Positions 10,958 through 21,897 are shown, counted from the stretch's first letter. The stretch: DNA of 64,000 nt from Balneolaceae bacterium (GCA_041686215.1 JAWLEH010000003.1:22046-86045); one strand, 5' to 3'. Made by a program: numbers and translations. The notes: generated by a model from the letters alone, not told the origin.

Positions 10958-12277
10958 GTGGAACTATCCGTTCAGGAAATCACCCCCGTAGATAAAGAGA
11001 TCACCATCAAAGCAGATCGAAGCGATCTCGAGCCTAAGTTTAATAAAGCCTACAAAAAATACAGGAAAGAGATACAGATGCCGGGCTTCCGTCCCGGAAA
11101 TGTGCCTGTTGGGCTCATTAAGAAACGGTTCGGCAAAGAGATTGAAATGGAGGAGATCAACAGCTACGTGCAGGAGGTGTATGAGAATGAGATTGTACCC
11201 GAGTATGAGCCGATAGGCGAAACCCAGATGAAAGATATGAGCTGGGAAAATGATGAGCTGGAAGTTACATTTAAGGTGGGTGCCAAACCTGAATTTGAAC
11301 TGGCTGATATTGAAAGCATCACTGTGGATATGATGGTGCATGATGTAACGGATGAAGAGGTTGAAGAAGAACTGGAGCGAACGCTGGAACGCCAGGGCAA
11401 CTGGACAGAACAGGAGGATGATTTTGAAATCACCACTGAGTGCCGTGTAACCGTTGATGCAGTGGCTCTTGGAGAAGACGGCGAACCACTGGAGGGTGAA
11501 AAAGATGAGGATCAAAAACTGGACCTGCGTGAAGAAGGCACAGGTGAGTTTGCTGAACATCTTGTAGGGCATAAGAAAGGAGATGTAGTATCGTTCTCTC
11601 TGGGTGAAGATGTTGATTACGACAATTTTCAGCTAACCATCAAGAATGTTGAATTGATGGATAAGGCCGAGCTGACGGATGAGTTTGCAAAAAAGGAAAG
11701 CAACGGAGAGGCAAAGAATATTGATGAGTTCAAGAGCTACATTAAAAGCCGAATGCAGGAATACTACGACCAGTCTGCAAAAGATATGTTCCGGCAGGAT
11801 GCAATGGAAGAGCTTGTGAAAGCACATGATTTTGAGATTCCGGATGTGATGGTTGGCCAACTACAGGACTCGTATGTGGAGTATGCCAAGCAGCAATCCG
11901 GCGGGCAGCTTCCTCCGAATTTTAATGAAGAGGAGTACAAGGAGAACATGAAAGATAATGCCGTCCGGGAAGGGAAATGGATGTTTATCAGTGAAAAACT
12001 ACAAGAAAAGTTTGATGATATTGAAATCAAGCCCGAAGATATTGATGAGTTTATTGGTATGGAGTCGGCCAAATACGGTATGCCGGTTGATCAGATGAAG
12101 AGCTACTATGCTCAGAATCCCAACCAGCTCGAGAGCCTGCGTACCAGCATCCGCGAAAATAAAGTTTTTGATAAACTGAATGATGCTGTTACTATAAATG
12201 AACTCTCAAAGGATGAATTTCGTAAGAAAAGAGAAGCTGAAAACGAGTCAGAAGAAGAAGAAAGTAGTGAATCGTAA
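10958..12277 (+). CDS. tig: trigger factor
   Basis: 439 aa with a GTG start. The N-terminus contains KKYRKEIQMPGFRPGNVPVGLIKKRFGKEI, the ribosome-binding GFRxGxxP signature. It lies immediately upstream of clpP-clpX. Confidence 0.9.
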   Translation: MELSVQEITPVDKEITIKADRSDLEPKFNKAYKKYRKEIQMPGFRPGNVPVGLIKKRFGKEIEMEEINSYVQEVYENEIVPEYEPIGETQMKDMSWENDELEVTFKVGAKPEFELADIESITVDMMVHDVTDEEVEEELERTLERQGNWTEQEDDFEITTECRVTVDAVALGEDGEPLEGEKDEDQKLDLREEGTGEFAEHLVGHKKGDVVSFSLGEDVDYDNFQLTIKNVELMDKAELTDEFAKKESNGEAKNIDEFKSYIKSRMQEYYDQSAKDMFRQDAMEELVKAHDFEIPDVMVGQLQDSYVEYAKQQSGGQLPPNFNEEEYKENMKDNAVREGKWMFISEKLQEKFDDIEIKPEDIDEFIGMESAKYGMPVDQMKSYYAQNPNQLESLRTSIRENKVFDKLNDAVTINELSKDEFRKKREAENESEEEESSES

Positions 12278-12295
12278 CGTTTAATTTAAAAGGCA

Positions 12296-12955
12296 ATGCC
12301 AACTGTGAAACAACCCTTGTTTGAACTCCCGAATATGAGCGAATTTTCTCAAATACAGAATAATCTTGTGCCGATGGTTGTGGAAACAACCAGCCGCGGC
12401 GAACGGGCATATGATATTTACTCCCGCCTGTTAAAAGACCGAATTGTAATTCTTGGTACGCCGGTGAACGACACCGTTGCGAGCTCAATTGTTGCTCAAA
12501 TGCTTTTTTTGGAATCTCAGGATCCTGAAAAAGATATTAATCTCTACATCAACAGCCCGGGTGGCGTTGTTTCAGCAGGGCTGGCAATTTATGATACTAT
12601 GCAGTACCTGAAATGCGATGTTGCCACAACTTGTGTTGGGATGGCGGCCTCTATGGGGGCGGTTCTTCTAACTGCAGGAACTAAAGGTAAACGTAATGTA
12701 CTGCCGCATGCACGTGTAATGATTCACCAGCCGCTGGGCGGCGTTCAGGGCCAGGCAAGCGATATTGAAATTGAAGCCCAGGAGATCCTGCGTATCAAAA
12801 AAGAACTAACCGGAATACTTGCAGATCATTCCGGACAGGAAGTTGACAGAGTGATGCAGGACTCCGACCGAAATAAGTGGATGTCGGCCCAGGAAGCTGT
12901 AGACTACGGCCTGGTTGATAACGTGATGAAGCGCGAGAAGAAGAACGGCAAATAA
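12296..12955 (+). CDS. clpP: ATP-dependent Clp protease proteolytic subunit
   Basis: Contains [36 protein letters not shown] (catalytic Ser) and MIHQPLGG (His). The true start may be the internal Met at 12335 ([13 protein letters not shown]). Confidence 0.95.
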   Translation: MPTVKQPLFELPNMSEFSQIQNNLVPMVVETTSRGERAYDIYSRLLKDRIVILGTPVNDTVASSIVAQMLFLESQDPEKDINLYINSPGGVVSAGLAIYDTMQYLKCDVATTCVGMAASMGAVLLTAGTKGKRNVLPHARVMIHQPLGGVQGQASDIEIEAQEILRIKKELTGILADHSGQEVDRVMQDSDRNKWMSAQEAVDYGLVDNVMKREKKNGK

Positions 12956-12993
12956 ACAATAACTGATCAGGCTAACAGCAGAGTTTCTTTTTT

Positions 12994-14247
12994 ATGAGTA
13001 AGAAAAACGAAGGTGATAATGTAAACTGTTCATTTTGCGGGCGTTCAAGCCGCGAGGTGGATTCTATGGTAGCCGGTCCCGAGGTGTTTATTTGTAACCA
13101 TTGTGTGGAAGATGCATCCAGTATTATAGAAAGCGATCTCTCCTCCCTTTCCCGCCGCCGCGACCGCCAGTATAAACCGATGTTGAAGCCTGTTGAAATT
13201 AAGGCGAAACTCGACGAGTATGTAATCGGGCAGGAAGGTGCTAAAAAAGCTCTTTCCGTCGCCGTATATAATCACTATAAACGTATTTCCGGTTCACAAT
13301 CCCTGTCCGGTGACGATACCAAAATTGAAAAAAGTAACATCGCACTAATGGGACCCACTGGTGTGGGAAAAACCCTGCTTGCACGCACACTGGCCGAAGT
13401 AATTGATGTACCCTTTACAATTGCGGATGCAACGGTTTTAACGGAGGCAGGATACGTGGGGGAGGATGTAGAAAGCATTCTGAGCAACCTTCTGCAGGCA
13501 GCGGATTACGACGTAGACCGTGCACGGCGGGGAATAATATATATCGACGAAATTGATAAGGTTTCCCGCAAGAGCGACAACCCGTCCATAACCCGCGACG
13601 TATCAGGTGAAGGTGTACAGCAAGCACTTTTGAAAATACTAGAAGGTACAACAGCCAACATCCCTCCAAAAGGCGGAAGAAAACACCCCGAGCAAAGTTT
13701 TATCCAGTTAGACACTTCAGATATCCTTTTCATTTGCGGCGGTGCGTTTAGCGGGCTTGAGGAAGTTATCGCCCAGCGCCTGTCGGTCAGCTCAATGGGT
13801 TTTCAGTCGGAAGACCAGGTGAAGTTTGATAAAAACGATCCTCAGATTTTCACAAACGTGGAACCGGAAGATCTTCAGAAGTTTGGCTTGATTCCTGAGC
13901 TTATAGGACGAATTCCTATTATCTGCGGGCTTGAGCAGCTCTCTGATGAAGCCATGGTTGAAATCTTGTTAAAACCAAAAAATGCCATCACAAAGCAGTA
14001 TAAAAAGCTCTTTAAGATGGAAGATATAGAGCTCGAATTCGAGGAAGATGCACTGACTGCAATCGTTGATAAGGCCCGGGAGCGAAAAACCGGTGCCCGC
14101 GGTTTGCGCTCAATCCTTGAGGCTGCTATGCTCGACATCATGTTTACCGTGCCGTCCATGAAAAATGTGAAACGGTGTATCATTACACGGGAGACCATCG
14201 ACAAAAACGCTCCTCCGATTTACGAAAAGCAGAAGGCATCTGCCTGA
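12994..14247 (+). CDS. clpX: ATP-dependent Clp protease ATP-binding subunit ClpX
   Basis: 417 aa with the zinc ribbon CSFCGR...CNHC, Walker A GPTGVGKT, Walker [10 protein letters not shown] and [10 protein letters not shown]. Confidence 0.97.
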   Translation: MSKKNEGDNVNCSFCGRSSREVDSMVAGPEVFICNHCVEDASSIIESDLSSLSRRRDRQYKPMLKPVEIKAKLDEYVIGQEGAKKALSVAVYNHYKRISGSQSLSGDDTKIEKSNIALMGPTGVGKTLLARTLAEVIDVPFTIADATVLTEAGYVGEDVESILSNLLQAADYDVDRARRGIIYIDEIDKVSRKSDNPSITRDVSGEGVQQALLKILEGTTANIPPKGGRKHPEQSFIQLDTSDILFICGGAFSGLEEVIAQRLSVSSMGFQSEDQVKFDKNDPQIFTNVEPEDLQKFGLIPELIGRIPIICGLEQLSDEAMVEILLKPKNAITKQYKKLFKMEDIELEFEEDALTAIVDKARERKTGARGLRSILEAAMLDIMFTVPSMKNVKRCIITRETIDKNAPPIYEKQKASA

Positions 14248-14462
14248 CAACCTCGGTTCGATTCAAATTTGGTTCATTTAGTCAGTATCAAGTCTTCTCA
14301 GGCAAGGAGTGAATCTGATTGTTGTTCGCAGTTTTTCCACAAATCAGGTGAACATCCTGCTTCCAGGGGGATACCATTGGGAAGGGGCTTTTGAAATCAT
14401 GATTTCAGAGTAAAACCCGGGTTGATACATTTCCTCTGTGCAATCGTTTATAAATTGTCGCA

Positions 14463-15734
14463 ATGCAGAATCTCTTACCGCTAAACTGGATCAAAATTGT
14501 GCTGGCAGCCCTTTTGGTACTGTTAGCCGCGGCTTCGTTTTTCTATAACAGAATACTGGTTGAAGAACTTCTGGAACACGAACGGGCCAGTGTTGAATTA
14601 TGGGCGAAAGCTCTTGAGTTCAATCTGGATCCTGTTCACGATGAGATAACGAACAACCTGTTAGAGTCGATTGATGTTCTCGAAAATATCGAAGAAGTGC
14701 CCGACAGCGTCATTCAGATGATTGAAGAGGTTGAAGCCACCAACCCCACGCTTCAGTTTGTATCAGACAACCTGCTGATAGATACCCGCTACTCGATTCC
14801 CACTATTGTAACCGATGAGACCGGGGCTATTTCTGCGAGCCGTTTTATTGACGGGGACGTGAGGCCGGAAATGGTGGAGGAGTTTGCCGAGGTAAACGAC
14901 CCAATTGTGATAACCACGAATGAGAGCGGAGAGGCTCTGCGAAATTTCATCTATTTTGGCGAGAGTCAGACGGTAAAATACCTGCGGTATTTTCCTTTTC
15001 TCCAGTTTGGGATTTTGGCGGTTCTTATCGGCATCGGCTACCTGACGTACCGGAGTATCAGCCGGTCGGAAAAATCGAACTTGTGGGTGGGCATGACCAA
15101 GGAGGCGGCCCACCAGCTGGGAACTCCGCTATCGAGCCTCTACGGGTGGATACAGCTGCTTAAAGAGAATAATAAAGAAGATGATGAGACCCTGTCTATC
15201 GTTTACGAGATTGAAAAGGATGTGGGCCGCATAAAAGGGATTACGGAGAGATTTAATAAAATTGGATCTGAACCGGAACTTAAAAGTGTACGGGTTGAAC
15301 CTATTGTGGACCAGGTGATTGATTATATGACCCGTCGCCTTCCCCAGCTTGGCAAGCATGTGGATGTTCGAAAATCAATTGAAACAAACAGCAAGCTTCG
15401 GCTAAACCCTGAACTGTTTCAGTGGGCAATCGAAAACCTGATTAAAAACTCGATGGATGCCATAAAAGAAACTTCCGGAGATGCGTTTATATCCGTTTCG
15501 GTTTTTGAAAGCGGAGAAAGTCTCTTAATTGATGTGGAAGATTCCGGGGCGGGAATTGATAGAAAATATGTGAATGAAATTTTTAAACCGGGCTACAGCA
15601 CTAAAAAGAGAGGCTGGGGACTTGGATTAAGCCTGACGCGGCGGATCATAGAAGATTACCACGACGGTAAGATTTTTGTACTGCATTCAGAGAAAGACAA
15701 AGGGACAACGATTCGAATATCACTGCCCCTCTGA
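14463..15734 (+). CDS. sensor histidine kinase
   Basis: 423 aa with two TM segments flanking a ~150-aa periplasmic region. The H-box is EAAHQLGTPLSSL, the N-box is NLIKNSMDA, and the G-boxes are DSGAGI and GWGLGLSL. Confidence 0.8.
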   Translation: MQNLLPLNWIKIVLAALLVLLAAASFFYNRILVEELLEHERASVELWAKALEFNLDPVHDEITNNLLESIDVLENIEEVPDSVIQMIEEVEATNPTLQFVSDNLLIDTRYSIPTIVTDETGAISASRFIDGDVRPEMVEEFAEVNDPIVITTNESGEALRNFIYFGESQTVKYLRYFPFLQFGILAVLIGIGYLTYRSISRSEKSNLWVGMTKEAAHQLGTPLSSLYGWIQLLKENNKEDDETLSIVYEIEKDVGRIKGITERFNKIGSEPELKSVRVEPIVDQVIDYMTRRLPQLGKHVDVRKSIETNSKLRLNPELFQWAIENLIKNSMDAIKETSGDAFISVSVFESGESLLIDVEDSGAGIDRKYVNEIFKPGYSTKKRGWGLGLSLTRRIIEDYHDGKIFVLHSEKDKGTTIRISLPL

Positions 15735-15762
15735 GATATAAAATTAAGTAAACAGGGGAGTT

Positions 15763-16341
15763 CTAATCTTCTTCGATATATCCGCGATCTTCAGCGTATT
15801 CGGTAAGCTGAGCTTTTAATAAATTTCGTCCACGGTGCAGGCGGGAACGAATGGTGCCGATAGGCACATCCAGCATATTTGCGATCTCTTCGTAGGTAAA
15901 GTCTTCAACGTCGCAAAGGAGAACCACTGTCCTGAAATCTTCCGGGATTTGATCCAGTGCCCGTGTGATATCATCATCAATGAGTTCACGATACATCGTA
16001 TCCTCCAGGTCGGATGTGTCGGTACGTTCTGCGCGAATAGTCTCGTAGAAGGTTGCTACTTCGTCGTAATCAACCTGCTGCGGTTTTTTTGATTTTCTGC
16101 GGTAGTTGTTAATGTAAGAGTTCTTGAGAATACGAAATAACCAGGCCTTGGCATTCGTACCTTTTTCGTAGCTGCTGAAAAAACGATATGCCTTAACAAT
16201 GGTATCCTGTACAAGATCTTCGGCGTCGTTAGGGTCTGATGTGAGCCGCAGACCAAAATTATAAAGTGCGTCCAGGTGAGGAATAATCTCCTCATTGAAG
16301 TCGGATTGTTTGCGAATTTCTTTTTTTGTTAGTTCTGCCAT
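15763..16341 (-). CDS. RNA polymerase sigma-70 family (ECF-type) sigma factor
   Basis: 192 aa. Region 2 is DAEDLVQDTIVKAYRFF and region 4 is the HTH YEEIANMLDVPIGTIRSRLHRGR. Confidence 0.8.
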   Translation of the reverse strand: MAELTKKEIRKQSDFNEEIIPHLDALYNFGLRLTSDPNDAEDLVQDTIVKAYRFFSSYEKGTNAKAWLFRILKNSYINNYRRKSKKPQQVDYDEVATFYETIRAERTDTSDLEDTMYRELIDDDITRALDQIPEDFRTVVLLCDVEDFTYEEIANMLDVPIGTIRSRLHRGRNLLKAQLTEYAEDRGYIEED

Positions 16342-16512
16342 CCCTTATGATCCCTCAACGTTTGCGAGGTTTAAAATTAAATCAAAAACCGGTGGTTAAA
16401 CCGGAATACTACCGCATTCAGTGATCTGAAAGTAGGTACATTGTTTACATGGGTCAAATTGATAGTATCAATACGATAAGTAGGTATTAACGAACAGTCA
16501 TTTTTTGTTTCG

Positions 16513-17238
16513 CTACATTTTAAACACAACTAAAACATCGTAAAGAGCATGAGTCCATGCCGCGCATCCGAATCCTCTTATAACATAAATAAGATTTAAT
16601 GTTAAGCCAAATATAAAACGGTATAAAAAGCTGTTTAACGACCATGCGTCAGCAAAAGCACCTACGTAGTGAACACCGCTAAATATAACTGCCGCAATGA
16701 TTGCCGAATAAACGTAGGCTACATTTTTATTATCAAAAAAACGTATGAGCAGAATAAATAGTACAGAAACAAGGATGACTCTGAAAAATAGTTCTTCATA
16801 GAGACCAGCCCCAAGGGAGAGGGCAAAAAGCTGTATTTTGGAAAGTGAGGCACTATTTTGCGATATATCCATCTGAAGTATCAGGTCGAGGAAATTGGTG
16901 ATCAGTGTGGAAAACACAATAGCGTAAACTGCAGATTCAAGTAGTAAATACAAAAAATAGCGGGGCTTGAGAGAGGGAAGACGGTCTCGCTGTCTGAAAA
17001 GTATGACGGCCCCGACAAGAAATGCAATTCCTAATGCAGCCGTGAGTGCATCAAGCCCGGCAAATGCAAACAACTGTTGAAACCAGATATCTACCGAAAT
17101 TCGAACAGGTTGTACAGTGCCGATATTTGAAATCCTGATGAGACTTTCGTAGAGCAAAAAAAGCGGCAGTGAAAAGAAGTAACTATAGGTGAGGCTGCGC
17201 GTTTGCGAAAAATATCTGCCAGACAATGAAGTTTTCAA
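16513..17238 (-). CDS. CPBP family intramembrane glutamic endopeptidase (CAAX protease-like)
   Basis: 241 aa, polytopic, with GLYEELFFRV (EExxxR motif) and FSGVHY (H motif). Confidence 0.7.
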   Translation of the reverse strand: MKTSLSGRYFSQTRSLTYSYFFSLPLFLLYESLIRISNIGTVQPVRISVDIWFQQLFAFAGLDALTAALGIAFLVGAVILFRQRDRLPSLKPRYFLYLLLESAVYAIVFSTLITNFLDLILQMDISQNSASLSKIQLFALSLGAGLYEELFFRVILVSVLFILLIRFFDNKNVAYVYSAIIAAVIFSGVHYVGAFADAWSLNSFLYRFIFGLTLNLIYVIRGFGCAAWTHALYDVLVVFKM

Positions 17239-17256
17239 ACCGCTGAAAATGATATG

Positions 17257-18435
17257 TTACTGATCCATGAACACACGGACCCTGGCCTGCTGAAGGCTCT
17301 CAAAACCGAGCATATCATAAGCCCTGTGGGAAAGTTTGATTCCCCCGCCGGATGTTCGATCGTTTATGCGTACATAAATACCACGCCTATTGCCGGGATT
17401 TTCGATAAATACAATATTACCCATTGGCATATTGGAGTGGCCTGCAGTTAGATAGTCCGGATTATAAAGCTCTCCGCTGGTTGTGGGTTCTGAACGGTTA
17501 TCACCGCTGTAGCGGGTAACCGGAACCTCTCCAAGATCTTCGAGGGCGGCGTCTTTTCTGAATGGATTCCGAAAATTACGGGATGGCGGCAGCAGGACTG
17601 TGATCCGCTGGCCGCTTGAGAGGGAAGTAACATCTAAATCGGGATTCAATGCAGCCAGCTCTTTTTCAGTCATCATAAATTTTTCAAGTAAATCGTCGAG
17701 GTCTTCTCCTGACTCTATCCGGTAGTTTACAAATTTCCCTTGAGGTGTGGATTCTTCCGCGCTTTCGGCAATAGAGGGCGCCGTTTGTACGTCGCGTACG
17801 GTCAGGCGTTGTCCAACCCGAATTTGATCGGATTGAAGGTTGTTGAGATCCCGCAGCTGATCTACACTCATATCATGTAAGCGGGCAATTCTGGTTAGAT
17901 TATCACCACTGCGAACCGTGTAGTAAGTTGTGCCCCTGCCTTCTTCGCGATCTCTAACGATAGACTCCCGCGGGGTTGCTTCATCATCAACCTGCTCTGG
18001 GATTTCTTCGGGCTGCGATTCATTCGGCTCGCTTTGATCTGTGAAAATAGTGAGTTCTTGTCCTGGGCTTAGTTGGTTCCCTTCGAGATTATTCCAGGAT
18101 TGAATTTCGGCTATTGTAACCCCGTATTGGCGGGATATTGCGAAAAGGGTTTCGCCTGCTTCAACAGTGTGTAGTACAGACTCATCATTTTGTGGCGGCC
18201 CAACAAGGATTTCCTGGCCGTTGCTTAAATTATCACTTTCGAGGTCGTTCCACCTGCGAAGATCCCCAACAGTAACATCGTACTGTCTCGATATACTGAA
18301 GAGCGTTTCACCGGGTTGTACTTCATGAGTTTCGCCTGCTGCCTGGGCGCGGAGATCTCCGGCAGATACAAACGATAGAAATAAAATTAAAGCCGCAAGG
18401 CCGCTAAGCCGAAGCATAAGTTTTACCATGTACAC
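17257..18435 (-). CDS. LysM-repeat protein with C-terminal RlpA-like double-psi beta-barrel domain
   Basis: 392 aa with a signal peptide. Three clear LysM units and one degenerate unit are present (HEVQPGETLFSISRQYDVTVGDLRRWN; HTVEAGETLFAISRQYGVTIAEIQSWN; YTVRSGDNLTRIARLHDMSVDQLRDLN; YRIESGEDLDDLLEKF...). The C-terminus GELYNPDYLTAGHSNMPMGNIVFIEN...YVRINDR resembles RlpA. Confidence 0.7.
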   Translation of the reverse strand: MYMVKLMLRLSGLAALILFLSFVSAGDLRAQAAGETHEVQPGETLFSISRQYDVTVGDLRRWNDLESDNLSNGQEILVGPPQNDESVLHTVEAGETLFAISRQYGVTIAEIQSWNNLEGNQLSPGQELTIFTDQSEPNESQPEEIPEQVDDEATPRESIVRDREEGRGTTYYTVRSGDNLTRIARLHDMSVDQLRDLNNLQSDQIRVGQRLTVRDVQTAPSIAESAEESTPQGKFVNYRIESGEDLDDLLEKFMMTEKELAALNPDLDVTSLSSGQRITVLLPPSRNFRNPFRKDAALEDLGEVPVTRYSGDNRSEPTTSGELYNPDYLTAGHSNMPMGNIVFIENPGNRRGIYVRINDRTSGGGIKLSHRAYDMLGFESLQQARVRVFMDQ

Positions 18436-18770
18436 TACTCCTCAATTTCAAACTGGAGCTGAATTAGAGCTTCAGAAAGTTCAGATTTTGTTCTGAGTTC
18501 GTTTTTCTTTTCTGCAAGAGTACGGCCCTTTTCAAACAGTGAACGGGCACGCTGATAATCGCCGCGCTGCTGACAGAGTTTGCCAAGATGATAATAAACG
18601 CCAAGGTACTCAGGATCTTGCTCAAGAACCGCCTCAAAAAGCATTTGCGCTTTTTTAACCTCTTCTGCCTTCAGTAGTTCCAGTGCAAGTGCAAATTTCG
18701 AAAACGTATCTTCCGGGTCTTTTTGAATGTTGCGTGCAAGCTGATTGATTTTATGCTGCTGGTCCGTCAT
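18435..18770 (-). CDS. tetratricopeptide-repeat protein
   Basis: 111 aa, all-helical, with TPR-like pairs (ALELLKAEEVKKAQMLFEAVLEQDPEYLGVYYHLGKLCQQRGDYQRARSLFEKG). Its start overlaps the aroC stop by 4 nt. Confidence 0.5.
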   Translation of the reverse strand: MTDQQHKINQLARNIQKDPEDTFSKFALALELLKAEEVKKAQMLFEAVLEQDPEYLGVYYHLGKLCQQRGDYQRARSLFEKGRTLAEKKNELRTKSELSEALIQLQFEIEE

Positions 18771-19951
18771 ATCTCATCTCTTTTTTGAAAGCGTTCGATA
18801 ATGGATTCCATCACATCTCCGCCAAAACGTTCCATGATAGCGTTTGCAAGTACTGGAGCAATCACGCTTTCTGCCACCACAACTGCGCGGGGCAGGGCGC
18901 ATACATCGGAGCGCTCATAACGGGTGTCTTCTTCTTGCTTTGATTCAATATCTGCAGTTTTAAGCGGTTTAATCATTGTGGGGATCGGTTTCATTACCCC
19001 GCGAATAATGACCGGCATGCCGGTTGTCATGCCGCCTTCAATTCCACCGGCACGATTAGTTCTTCGTTTAAACGCACCATCGTAAACAATTTCGTCATGT
19101 ACCTGGTGCCCCTGCCGGTGCCCCGCTTCAAACCCAAGCCCTATTTCCACGCCTTTCATGGCCTGGGTGGCAACAATTGCCTGGGCGATTTGACCGTCTA
19201 TTTTTCTGTCCCAGTGAACATAGCTTCCAAGGCCCGCGGGTAGTCCTGTGACAACAATTTCATAAATTCCGCCGAGAGATGTACCCTCTTTGCGACGGTG
19301 CTTAATCTCTTCCCGCATGTCCGTGCTGAGCTTGTCATCAAGGCAGCGAACGTCCGATTTGTCCGATGCTTTAAAAATCTCTTCTGCGCCATTTTCTATC
19401 AGGGGATCGGCAAGTTCACGCGCCTGTTCCCAGCTCTCATAGCCCACCGCCCCGATACGAATTACATGTCCGCCAATCTCAATCCCCAGCGTTTTGAGAA
19501 ACTTTCGCGCTATCGAACAGCAGGCTACTCGCATAGCGGTTTCACGGGCACTGGATCGTTCAATGACCGGCCGTATATCATCGAAATGATATTTTTGGGT
19601 TCCAACAAGATCAGCGTGCCCCGGGCGTGCAAGTGTAATACGCTCCACATTTCCGCGGTCTCCATCTTTAGCCATAACAACAGGCCAGTTGCTTTTGTCC
19701 TTTTCATAGGCGCGGTTTGGCATGGTCATGGCAACAGGCGCCCCGGTTGTTTTACCAAAACGTACTCCGGATTGTATTGTGGCCCTGTCTTTTTCAAACG
19801 CCATCCGCCCGCCTCGTCCGTAACCTTTCTGGCGGCGAACCAGGTGCTCTTCGATTTCATCTTCATGTATAGATAATCCGGCAGGCAATCCTTCAACAAT
19901 GCCGGTTAGGGATGGTCCGTGGGATTCGCCGGAAGTAAAATATCGAATCAT
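18767..19951 (-). CDS. aroC: chorismate synthase
   Basis: 394 aa. The N-terminus is MIRYFTSGESHGPSLTGIVEGLPAGL, and it also contains GRSSARETAMRVA and GGISNG-like GGIEGGMTTG. Confidence 0.95.
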   Translation of the reverse strand: MIRYFTSGESHGPSLTGIVEGLPAGLSIHEDEIEEHLVRRQKGYGRGGRMAFEKDRATIQSGVRFGKTTGAPVAMTMPNRAYEKDKSNWPVVMAKDGDRGNVERITLARPGHADLVGTQKYHFDDIRPVIERSSARETAMRVACCSIARKFLKTLGIEIGGHVIRIGAVGYESWEQARELADPLIENGAEEIFKASDKSDVRCLDDKLSTDMREEIKHRRKEGTSLGGIYEIVVTGLPAGLGSYVHWDRKIDGQIAQAIVATQAMKGVEIGLGFEAGHRQGHQVHDEIVYDGAFKRRTNRAGGIEGGMTTGMPVIIRGVMKPIPTMIKPLKTADIESKQEEDTRYERSDVCALPRAVVVAESVIAPVLANAIMERFGGDVMESIIERFQKRDEI

Positions 19952-20056
19952 AAAAAAGTCTCCTTAGGGTAACATCAGTGATAAAAATGAAAAAATTAAC
20001 TTGGTTCAGCCAAAGATAACGAAATACCAAGGGATGGTCACAGTATTGTTGTTAAC

Positions 20057-21034
20057 TTAGATGCTAAAAGCCACGCCAAGCTGCACAACACTTCCCATAT
20101 CGCTGAAACTTGTACGCGAAAAGTCCACATCAATATTATTCAGCTGCAGGCCAACACCAACACTTAAACCTGCCCCGTCGATCCTTTTACCGGTTTGGGT
20201 CTGGTCACCGAGCCAGCTATCATATCCCAGCCTTAGCTGCACCCTCTCGCCGAACAGAAGCTCAGCTCCGCCTACGAGATGGCGCGAAAGGTTCGACAGA
20301 AAGTCCGGCTCTTCAGTTTCTCCTGTTACCCGCTGATTCCAGGTATTTAGCCTTTGAAATGTAAGGTGCAGCCGAACAGGTATATATTGCAGCCGGTGAA
20401 CAACTCCTGCGGCAATGTTTAGGGGCAACGGTTCTGCTGAACCGTTGTAGGTACTTAATTGTGTGCCTGCATTTTGGAGGTAGGCCCCGATCGCCGTTTC
20501 ACTGCTCGCAAACTCGTAAAGCAATCCACCGGAAACAGAGATACCGGAAGATCGATAGCCGGCAATATTGGAGTGAATGCCTGTAACAGAAAGGCCGTAA
20601 CTAAGCTGGTTTTCAATCGGGGCGGCGTAGCCAAGTGTAATTGCGAGATCCCCGGAGCTGAGGCTGCCATCGGCGCGGCCGGTTTCATCATATCGTGTCA
20701 TACCGCCATATCCAAGGTAACGAAGAGATGCCGCAACTTTTCCGCCAATGACCGGAGTATCAGCTGCATAATTGGCTGTTCCAAAGCGGATATCACCAAT
20801 GTGATTTAGATACGACAGTTGAATGATTCCGGGGTCAGATGAATTAAGCAGTGCCGGATTTATGGAAAAAGCGGATGCGCCTGGAGAAAGAAGAGCCGCA
20901 TGAGATCCGCCGAGGCCTGCAGTTCGCGCATCGGGGCTAAGGGTAAGAAACCGGAAAACGGTATCTTGCTGTTGCCGGGCATGCAGTGCGGTAGCAATGA
21001 AAAATATGAGAGGAAAAATCAGAAGTTGCTTCAA
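20057..21034 (-). CDS. PorQ/PorV-like outer-membrane beta-barrel protein (T9SS-associated family)
   Basis: 325 aa with a signal peptide. The N-terminal block FRFLTLSPDARTAGLGGSHAALL...FSINPALL resembles the conserved PorQ/PorV motif as I recall it. The C-terminus is ...QLGVAFSI. Confidence 0.45.
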   Translation of the reverse strand: MKQLLIFPLIFFIATALHARQQQDTVFRFLTLSPDARTAGLGGSHAALLSPGASAFSINPALLNSSDPGIIQLSYLNHIGDIRFGTANYAADTPVIGGKVAASLRYLGYGGMTRYDETGRADGSLSSGDLAITLGYAAPIENQLSYGLSVTGIHSNIAGYRSSGISVSGGLLYEFASSETAIGAYLQNAGTQLSTYNGSAEPLPLNIAAGVVHRLQYIPVRLHLTFQRLNTWNQRVTGETEEPDFLSNLSRHLVGGAELLFGERVQLRLGYDSWLGDQTQTGKRIDGAGLSVGVGLQLNNIDVDFSRTSFSDMGSVVQLGVAFSI

Positions 21035-21146
21035 AACTGCTATAGAAAATGAACCACAATTGGACTAAATGTTTCGTAATATAACCAAATTCGAAATACC
21101 CGAAAGATAAAAGGGAAGAAAGCTCGAGGATTTTACAGTTTAAGCG

Positions 21147-21884
21147 ATGAATGCATTTCAGGAAATTGGAAAATACAGCTCACTACTGTATCAGGCCCTA
21201 AGATCATCAACAGAGCTAAGCACATACCGGAAAAACTTCTTCCACGAGATGGTGAAGATTGGCTACGATTCAGTGCCGATTATTGTGCTGACCGGCTTTT
21301 TTACCGGATCGGTTATGACCATACAGTCCGCCTATCAGCTCGATTCAGCTTTTATTCCGCTCTCAACGATTGGTGCCATCGTATCAGAATCAATACTGAT
21401 TGAACTTGCAGCCGTAATTTCCAGTCTTGTGCTGGCTGGAAAAGTGGGAGCGCGTGTGGCAACCGAATTGGGAACGATGCGCGTAACCGAACAAATTGAT
21501 GCGTTGGAGTCGATGGGGTTTAACTCGGTTTCATACCTTGTGGTTCCGCGTGTAATGGCCGGAATCCTGATGTTTCCCGTACTGTATATTGTTGCCTGTG
21601 TATTTGGAATCGGTGGCGGATTGCTGGCCGGGATATTTACCGGAACGGTACCGGTGTCCGATTTTTTGGAGGGTGCCCGCATGTATTTTACTCCTTATAC
21701 TCTCATTTTCGGATTTGTGAAAATGTTTGTATTTGGTTTTATCATAACATCTGTATCCTCCTACAAAGGCTATTTTGCTACAGGAGGTGCCGAAGGTGTG
21801 GGAACAAGTACAACGGATGCAACTGTGTTGAGCTGTATGATTGTACTGCTGGCCGATTTTGTGCTTGCAGCACTACTATTGTAA
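21147..21884 (+). CDS. mlaE: ABC transporter permease, MlaE family
   Basis: 245 aa, polytopic, with the conserved block GARVATELGTMRVTEQIDALESMG. Confidence 0.8.
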   Translation: MNAFQEIGKYSSLLYQALRSSTELSTYRKNFFHEMVKIGYDSVPIIVLTGFFTGSVMTIQSAYQLDSAFIPLSTIGAIVSESILIELAAVISSLVLAGKVGARVATELGTMRVTEQIDALESMGFNSVSYLVVPRVMAGILMFPVLYIVACVFGIGGGLLAGIFTGTVPVSDFLEGARMYFTPYTLIFGFVKMFVFGFIITSVSSYKGYFATGGAEGVGTSTTDATVLSCMIVLLADFVLAALLL

Positions 21885-21897
21885 AACCGACGAATGT

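Noticed and set aside
21841-21897. Upstream starts proposed by the ORF track for mlaF (21841), ribE (26782), the NfeD gene (36039) and the CHRD protein (60845).
   Set aside because: Internal in-frame ATGs (21898, 26839, 36069, 60794) give canonical family N-termini or signal peptides and remove overlaps with the upstream genes.
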